Origin: Candidatus Arthromitus sp. SFB-mouse-Japan
Lineage (GTDB): Bacteria > Bacillota > Clostridia > Clostridiales > Clostridiaceae
Assembly: GCF_000270205.1 (NCBI RefSeq)
Contig: NC_015913.1
Coordinates: 1,560,001 to 1,592,000, forward strand
Direction of reading: 5' to 3'
Length of the DNA stretch: 32,000 bases
Below are positions 26,575 through 32,000 of the stretch, piece after piece. How positions within the stretch are numbered: position 1 is the stretch's first letter; the number at the start of each line of letters is the position of its first letter. The position numbers and the translations under genes are program-made. The notes beneath the pieces are model-generated. The model searched no databases and had not been told where the DNA came from. It saw only the letters and a list, made by a program, of their open reading frames with translations.

Positions 26575-27501
26575 ATGATTTTTGATAATAAACCTTATTA
26601 TTCTTTAAATTTATTCCTTAGAAATAAATTTAAAGAAAAAATAATAAAAATAACATTAGATGGGGGATTTACATGTCCAAATAGAGATGGAAAAATATCT
26701 TTTGGTGGGTGTACATTCTGTAGTACTATGGGCTCTGGTGAATTTTCAGGAAATAGATCTAAATCAATATCAGAACAATTTATTGAACAAAAAAAAATTA
26801 TGAAAAGGAAATGGAACTCAAATAAATACATAGCATATTTTCAAGCTTATACAAACACATACGCTTCCATAGATTATTTAAAGAAAATATATGATGAAGC
26901 AATAAGTCAAGAAGGAGTTATTGGATTATCAATAGGAACTAGACCTGATTGTCTATCCAACGAAATATTAGACTTACTATCTCATTATAATGAAAAAATA
27001 TTCCTAATGGTTGAACTTGGACTACAAACATCAAAAGATTCAACTGCTATATTAATAAATCGAGGTCATGATACAGAATGTTTTAAAGAAGCAGTAATAA
27101 AATTACGTAAGAAGAACATAAACGTAGTCACTCACATTATTTTTGGACTACCATATGAATCATATGATGATATGATAGAAACAGTAAAATTTATAAATAC
27201 ACTAGATATACAAGGTATAAAATACCATCTCCTCTATATAATTAAAAACACACAACTTGCAAAAGAGTATTTAAAAAATCCATCTATATATACTCTAACA
27301 AGAAATAGTTATATAAAAATAATAGGAGATGCTATATCACTTACAAATCCAAATATAGTAATACATAGAATAACTGGGGATGCTAAAAGAGAAGACATAA
27401 TAGAACCTAAATGGAGCATAAAAAAATGGGAATTATTAAACTCAATACATGACTATTTAAAAGAAAATAACATATATCAAGGTAAACATTTTAATAAATA
27501 G
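26575..27501 (+). CDS. Radical SAM protein, TIGR01212 family
   Basis: The N-terminal [17 protein letters not shown] cluster motif is characteristic of TIGR01212. The size is 308 aa and a GAAAGGA SD lies upstream. Confidence 0.85.
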   Translation: MIFDNKPYYSLNLFLRNKFKEKIIKITLDGGFTCPNRDGKISFGGCTFCSTMGSGEFSGNRSKSISEQFIEQKKIMKRKWNSNKYIAYFQAYTNTYASIDYLKKIYDEAISQEGVIGLSIGTRPDCLSNEILDLLSHYNEKIFLMVELGLQTSKDSTAILINRGHDTECFKEAVIKLRKKNINVVTHIIFGLPYESYDDMIETVKFINTLDIQGIKYHLLYIIKNTQLAKEYLKNPSIYTLTRNSYIKIIGDAISLTNPNIVIHRITGDAKREDIIEPKWSIKKWELLNSIHDYLKENNIYQGKHFNK

Positions 27502-27507
27502 TTAATA

Positions 27508-27536
27508 TTGATTTTAAAGATAGTATTGTGTATACT
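27508..27536 (+). promoter_or_regulatory. Sigma-A type promoter for the ECF transporter operon (TTGATT-17 nt-TATACT)
   Basis: TTGATT lies at 27508..27513 and TATACT at 27531..27536. This leaves only about 40 nt of leader before the ATG at 27582. Confidence 0.5.
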
Positions 27537-27581
27537 TTTTGTGTGAAAATAAAATATATTCTTAATCAAGGAGGATTCAGC

Positions 27582-28133
27582 ATGAAAAACTCTTCCATAT
27601 CTATTAAAAATATTGTAGCAATAGGTATTGGTTCTGCTGTTTTTTTAATTTTAGGGCGTTTCGCATCTATACCATCAGGAATTCCAAACACAAATTTTGA
27701 ATTATCTTATGCTTTCTTAGCATTAATGGCTGTAATTTATGGTCCATTGTCTGGTTTGCTAATTGGTTTTATAGGACATGCATTAAAAGATATGTTGTTC
27801 TACGGTACACCTTGGTTTAGCTGGGTTTTAGCCTCTACAATTATAGGTTTTATAATTGGTCTATGCTCTAAATCTATTAATCTAAAAGTATTTAATAAAT
27901 ACTCAATAATAAAATTTAATATTGCACAAATTATATCTAATCTTATCGCTTGGCTTATAGTTGCACCAATTTTAGATGTGCTAATATATTCTGAACCCAT
28001 AAAAAAGGTATTCATCCAAGGAGGAATGGCATCAATTACAAATATATTAACTGTAGGTATAATCGGAACAAGCTTATTATCATTATATTCTAAATCTATT
28101 GTAAAAAAAGGAAGTCTATCCAAAGAATCCTAA
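27582..28133 (+). CDS. ECF transporter substrate-specific (S) component, UPF0397-like
   Basis: I place the start at ATG 27582 with an AAGGAGGA SD at 27568..27575. The GTG start in the ORF track adds 18 implausible codons. The protein has about 5-6 TM segments. [45 protein letters not shown]...GHALKD resembles the UPF0397 family found next to fused ECF ATPases. Confidence 0.75.
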   Translation: MKNSSISIKNIVAIGIGSAVFLILGRFASIPSGIPNTNFELSYAFLALMAVIYGPLSGLLIGFIGHALKDMLFYGTPWFSWVLASTIIGFIIGLCSKSINLKVFNKYSIIKFNIAQIISNLIAWLIVAPILDVLIYSEPIKKVFIQGGMASITNILTVGIIGTSLLSLYSKSIVKKGSLSKES

Positions 28134-28166
28134 AATAAAATTTCCAAATTTGAGGTAAACATCCAA

Positions 28167-29897
28167 ATGAAAAAAAAATTAATTGAATTTACAAATTTCA
28201 GTTTTAAATACAATTCACAACAATTTCCCACATTGAAAGACATAAATCTAACCATCTACAAAAATGAAAAAATACTCATACTTGGAGAATCAGGATGCGG
28301 TAAAAGTACTCTATTTAACTCCATAAATGGTCTTGTTCCTTTTTTTTATCCTGGAGAAATTTCTGGTAATTTAAAAATTAATGACAAAGATACCAGAAAT
28401 ATGTCTATTTTTGAAATATCAAAAAATGTAGCTACAATCCTTCAAGATACTGATAATCAATTTATAGCATTAACATCTGCAGAAGATATAGCATTCAAGT
28501 TAGAAAATTTATGTGTAAATTCAGAATTAATGCATAAAAAAGTCAATAATATATCTAATCTTATTGGTTCCAATGATTTTTTAAATTCAAGTCCTCATAA
28601 TCTATCTGGTGGACAAAAACAAAGAGTAACTCTAGGCGGTGCACTTGTAGACAATAGTGAAATATTAATTTTTGATGAACCTTTAGCAAATTTAGATCCA
28701 AAAACAGCAGAGGAAACCATTAATTTAATTAATACAATCACAGATAAAAATCCGAAAACTATAATAATAATAGAACATAGACTTGAAGAAGTATTGAAAC
28801 TTAATTTTGATAGAGTATTACTTATGCATGATGGTAAGATAGTTTTTGATGGTGAAATAAATAAATTATTATCAACCTCATTATTAAAACAATGTGGTAT
28901 AAGGGAACCTTTATATTTAACAGCTTTAAAATATGCAGGATGCGATATAAATGAAAATCCAAACCTTAATAACATAGAAAATTTAAATATTTCATCTTTT
29001 AAAGATAATATTAAAAGATTTTATAAATCATTAAAATACACTAATTTTCATGCTAATATATGCTCTGCCCATCCTCTTTTAAAATGCGAAAATATAAACT
29101 TTGGCTACAAGAATGATAAACTTGTTTTAAATAATTTATCATTTGATGTTTACAATAATGAATTACTATGTATTGTCGGTAAAAACGGTGCTGGAAAGTC
29201 CACAATTTCAAAAATTATATGTGGGTTTTTAAAACCGTCTTCAGGTAAAGTATTTTTAAATAATAAAGATATAACATACGATACAATATTTCAAAGATCT
29301 TCTTCAATTGGATATGTAATGCAAAATCCAAATCAAATGATAAGTAATACTTTATTGTTTGATGAAGTAGCATTTACTCTTAAAAATATGAATTTACATA
29401 AAATTGAAATTGAAAATCGTGTATATGATATATTAAAAATATGTGGCTTATATGAGCTTAGGAATTGGCCTATATCTGCGCTGAGTTATGGACAAAAAAG
29501 ACGTGTGACAATAGCATCTATCTTAGTAAGCAACCCAAAAATACTTATTTTAGATGAACCAACAGCTGGTCAAGATTTTAAACACTATAATCAAATAATG
29601 GAATTTATACAAAGATTAAAAAAATATAACATAACTTCAATTATAATAACTCATGATATGAACTTACTGATGGAATATGCAGATAGATGTATTGTTCTAT
29701 CTGATGGTAAAAAAATAGGTGACGATATACCATCTAAAATTTTATCAAACGAATATATAATAGATAACGCTAACCTAAGGAAAACATCATTACATAATAT
29801 TTCTAAAAAATTATCATTAGATGACACTGATATATTTATAAACAAATTTATAACTTATGACAGGAGCACAAGGTATAAAAATGAAGTTGATTCTTGA
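28167..29897 (+). CDS. ECF transporter ATPase, fused tandem A-A' (two ABC domains)
   Basis: Two Walker A motifs (GESGCGKST, GKNGAGKST), two signature motifs (LSGGQKQRV, LSYGQKRRV) and two Walker B motifs (ILIFDEP, ILILDEP) are present. Confidence 0.92.
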   Translation: MKKKLIEFTNFSFKYNSQQFPTLKDINLTIYKNEKILILGESGCGKSTLFNSINGLVPFFYPGEISGNLKINDKDTRNMSIFEISKNVATILQDTDNQFIALTSAEDIAFKLENLCVNSELMHKKVNNISNLIGSNDFLNSSPHNLSGGQKQRVTLGGALVDNSEILIFDEPLANLDPKTAEETINLINTITDKNPKTIIIIEHRLEEVLKLNFDRVLLMHDGKIVFDGEINKLLSTSLLKQCGIREPLYLTALKYAGCDINENPNLNNIENLNISSFKDNIKRFYKSLKYTNFHANICSAHPLLKCENINFGYKNDKLVLNNLSFDVYNNELLCIVGKNGAGKSTISKIICGFLKPSSGKVFLNNKDITYDTIFQRSSSIGYVMQNPNQMISNTLLFDEVAFTLKNMNLHKIEIENRVYDILKICGLYELRNWPISALSYGQKRRVTIASILVSNPKILILDEPTAGQDFKHYNQIMEFIQRLKKYNITSIIITHDMNLLMEYADRCIVLSDGKKIGDDIPSKILSNEYIIDNANLRKTSLHNISKKLSLDDTDIFINKFITYDRSTRYKNEVDS

Positions 29898-30711
29898 ATA
29901 TATTGATAAGAATTCGTTTATTCACAATTTAACAGGTGCAACTAAATTAATATGTTTTATTCTTTGGTGTGTTGTAACAATAATAACATATGATACAAGA
30001 TTATTAATATTCTTAATTGTATTAAGTGTATTTTTATTTAAATTATCAAAGATAAAATTTAGGGATATTTCCTTTGTAATAACATTCATACTAATATTCC
30101 TATTATTGAATAACATACTCATATATGCTTTTGGTCCAAATACAGGACCAGAAATATATGGAACTAAAACTATACTATTAAATTTTAATAATGCATATTC
30201 AATTACTGCTGAACAGCTTTTCTATCAACTTAATATTACATTAAAGTATTTTAGCGTAATTCCTATTTCTCTACTGTTTATACTAACAACAAATCCGAGT
30301 GAGTTCGCGGCATCATTAAATAAAATAGGTATAAACTATAAAATTTCTTATGCTATATCTTTAGCACTTAGATATATACCTGACATAATAGAGGATTACA
30401 AAAATATATCATTATCCAAACAAGCACGCGGAATCGATATGTCCAAAAATGAAAAACTATCTATAAGAATAAAAAATATGTTCTTTATAATAATTCCTAT
30501 AATTTTTTCAAGCATTAATCGTATAGATAAAATTTCATGTGCAATGGAACTTAGAGGGTTTGGTTATAAGAAAAAACGTACATGGTATACACAAAGAAAA
30601 TTTAAAATAAATGATATAGTATCAATATTATTTTTCATTATATTAGACTTAATAGCTATCTGGTTGTTTTATATGAATAATGGTAGATTCTTTAATCCGT
30701 TTATTAAATAA
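29881..30711 (+). CDS. ECF transporter transmembrane (T) component, EcfT/CbiQ family
   Basis: The protein is polytopic and carries the two conserved Ala-Arg-Gly coupling motifs (SKQARGIDM, AMELRGFG). Start ATG 29881 overlaps the ATPase gene by 17 nt. ATG 29857 is an alternative start. Confidence 0.85.
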   Translation: MKLILEYIDKNSFIHNLTGATKLICFILWCVVTIITYDTRLLIFLIVLSVFLFKLSKIKFRDISFVITFILIFLLLNNILIYAFGPNTGPEIYGTKTILLNFNNAYSITAEQLFYQLNITLKYFSVIPISLLFILTTNPSEFAASLNKIGINYKISYAISLALRYIPDIIEDYKNISLSKQARGIDMSKNEKLSIRIKNMFFIIIPIIFSSINRIDKISCAMELRGFGYKKKRTWYTQRKFKINDIVSILFFIILDLIAIWLFYMNNGRFFNPFIK

Positions 30712-30740
30712 AGGGGAGGATACTAAAGTATCCTCCCCTT
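30711..30740. terminator. Bidirectional rho-independent terminator between the ECF operon (+) and the BFD-like gene (-)
   Basis: A GC-containing 13-bp stem, AAGGGGAGGATAC (30711..30723) / GTATCCTCCCCTT (30728..30740), has the loop TAAA. Both flanks are AT/T-rich. Confidence 0.85.
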
Positions 30741-30946
30741 TATTTATCTGATTCTTCTATAAGTTCTATAATTTTACTCCTACACCTAGCTCCTTTACAT
30801 CCACCTCCAGTTGCTCCAGTCTTTTCTTTTATTTTATCAACTGTATCAGCACCATCTTTTATACATTCATTAATGGTAAACTTATCAATTCCCCTGCACA
30901 AACATATCTTTGTTAATTTATCTTTTATCATAGTATCCTTATCCAT
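30740..30946 (-). CDS. Small BFD-like [2Fe-2S]-binding domain protein (68 aa)
   Basis: The Cys pattern is C-L-C-x32-C-KGAR-C (ICLCRG...GGGCKGARC), as in Fer2_BFD domains. The last pair is CxxxxC rather than CxxC. A GAGGTG SD lies upstream. Confidence 0.7.
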   Translation of the reverse strand: MDKDTMIKDKLTKICLCRGIDKFTINECIKDGADTVDKIKEKTGATGGGCKGARCRSKIIELIEESDK

Positions 30947-31047
30947 TAATTTATCACCTCATAAACATTATACACTTTATTAACTCTATATTTCAATGTA
31001 TAATAAGCTATATAGTATTTAGTATTTTTCATTTTAACTTAAATATT

Positions 31048-32000
31048 ATGCTTAAAAATTTTAATAATAATGAAAAATATAATAGTAAGCTTATAATTCA
31101 ATACATTATAATCTGTATACTGTTCTTCATTTTAATTGAATTAATACATAGACAAGACCTTAAATCTATATACAATTTTTTAAGTTCAAACAATATATAT
31201 ATATACTTATATCTAATACTATTTTTTATATTTTCAAGTTTATATACGTTCATATTTAAAAAACCTCTTATATTTTGTGCAATGCACTATAGTGTATGGT
31301 GTTTTATTGCATTTATAAGTAATGTAAATATTTATTTTAAAGGTAGTCCATTAATTTTTGAAGATTTATTCTTAGTAAATGAAGCAACTAATATTATTTC
31401 AAAGTATCTAAATACCAAACTAATAACTAATGTATTGATATTAATTATTTTATTCTCCATTATATTTATAATTGTAGTAAAAATATCTAAAAACATTAAA
31501 TTTAAGTTATTTAATTTAAAATATAGGTATTTAAACTTTATACTATACACATTATTTATATATATTTACTTGTTATCTATGGATAAACTTTATAATTATG
31601 GTAAATCTATTACATATGTACTAAGTGATTTTAATTTATCAGATACATATTTTAAAAATGGATTTTTACATTCTTTTTATGACTCAACAACCTTATTCTT
31701 TTCAAACAATAAAAACCTCGATTACGATATAGATAAAATCTTAAAAATCAAAAATATGTTATCTGAAAATGATTATAATTTTGAAAATCCAGATGTTAAT
31801 ATAATCTTAATTCAATTAGAATCAATATTTGATCCACTTAAATTAAAGGATGTTAAATTTTCTAATGATCCACTTAAAAACTTAAGAAATCTATCAAAAA
31901 TAAACGAAAGTGGAGAAATAATTGTTCCAGTTTTAGGCGGTGGGACAATTCAATCAGAATTTGAAATACTTACAGGAATTAATATAAAAAACCTTTATAC
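31048..32000 (+). CDS. LTA synthase (LtaS)/sulfatase-family membrane protein, N-terminal 317 codons (continues past the right edge)
   Basis: Not in the ORF track because it has no stop in the window. My translation from ATG 31048 is open to the end. It has several N-terminal TM helices, then NIILIQLESIFDP...VPVLGGGTIQSEFEILTGI. This matches the start of the LtaS extracellular sulfatase domain (QhESF...GGGTANTEFEVLTG). Confidence 0.8.
   Translation, partial: MLKNFNNNEKYNSKLIIQYIIICILFFILIELIHRQDLKSIYNFLSSNNIYIYLYLILFFIFSSLYTFIFKKPLIFCAMHYSVWCFIAFISNVNIYFKGSPLIFEDLFLVNEATNIISKYLNTKLITNVLILIILFSIIFIIVVKISKNIKFKLFNLKYRYLNFILYTLFIYIYLLSMDKLYNYGKSITYVLSDFNLSDTYFKNGFLHSFYDSTTLFFSNNKNLDYDIDKILKIKNMLSENDYNFENPDVNIILIQLESIFDPLKLKDVKFSNDPLKNLRNLSKINESGEIIVPVLGGGTIQSEFEILTGINIKNLY

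Noticed and set aside
23077-26831. Antisense ORFs 23077..23295 (in murI), 25860..26144 (in ykvI-like) and 26598..26831 (in the radical-SAM gene)
   Set aside because: Each is nested antisense in a gene with diagnostic motifs. They show no independent coding evidence.
27800-30122. Minus-strand ORFs 27800..28123, 28595..28975, 29651..29845 and 29922..30122 antisense to the ECF S, A-A' and T genes
   Set aside because: All are nested antisense within strongly supported transporter genes. None has an SD or a recognisable motif.
31332-31550. 72-aa minus-strand ORF
   Set aside because: It lies antisense inside the plus-strand LtaS-family reading frame. That frame is open from 31048 to the window edge and ends in a diagnostic sulfatase-domain motif.
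1-32000. Search for CRISPR repeats, IS or transposase genes, integrases, phage genes, toxin-antitoxin pairs and known defence systems
   Set aside because: No regularly spaced direct repeats, no terminal inverted repeats flanking an ORF, and no ORF with recombinase, nuclease or defence-type motifs were seen. The only sequence duplication found is the pair of tRNA-Glu genes.

Overview
This is a very AT-rich chromosomal segment (roughly a quarter G+C by eye, not computed) from a spore-forming, low-GC Firmicute of the Clostridia type. The I/N/K-saturated proteins and eroded accessory enzymes resemble a reduced-genome lineage such as Candidatus Arthromitus, but I cannot verify this without a search.

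The window is almost entirely housekeeping. It contains two gene strings known from Bacillus and Clostridium:
- tatD(yabD)-yabE-rnmV-rsmA(ksgA)
- spoVG / glmU-prs-...-pth

Other content:
- a murC-phosphoesterase-asnS operon and pepA
- a Glu-Val-Asp-Glu tRNA cluster
- a split transketolase and a MetQ-like lipoprotein
- a murI-DUF3783-sleC cluster
- a long-form glutamine synthetase and a YkvI-type permease
- a TIGR01212 radical-SAM gene
- a dedicated ECF transporter (S component, fused A-A', T component)
- a small BFD-like [2Fe-2S] protein
- the 5' part of an LtaS-family gene

I see no CRISPR array, transposase, integrase, phage genes, toxin-antitoxin pair or recognisable defence system, and I do not find a clear-cut novel multi-gene system.

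The observations most worth a second look:
1. An RR-HK-HtrA-like cassette sits between prs and pth. The protease has lost its catalytic His and Ser, and the kinase has a degenerate G1 ATP-lid box.
2. A metallophosphoesterase-fold protein and an alpha/beta-hydrolase-fold protein also have eroded catalytic motifs, while the core enzymes are intact.
3. A 435-aa orphan lies just downstream of ksgA.
4. The glutamine-synthetase start codon has no adjacent SD. A strong SD 33 nt upstream is separated from it by a perfect 10-bp hairpin, which may form a split ribosome-binding site.
5. The sleC-like cortex lytic enzyme has no csp protease gene nearby.
6. The ECF module has no riboswitch, so its substrate cannot be inferred.

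All protein calls rest on motif recognition in the supplied or self-made translations, not on database searches.
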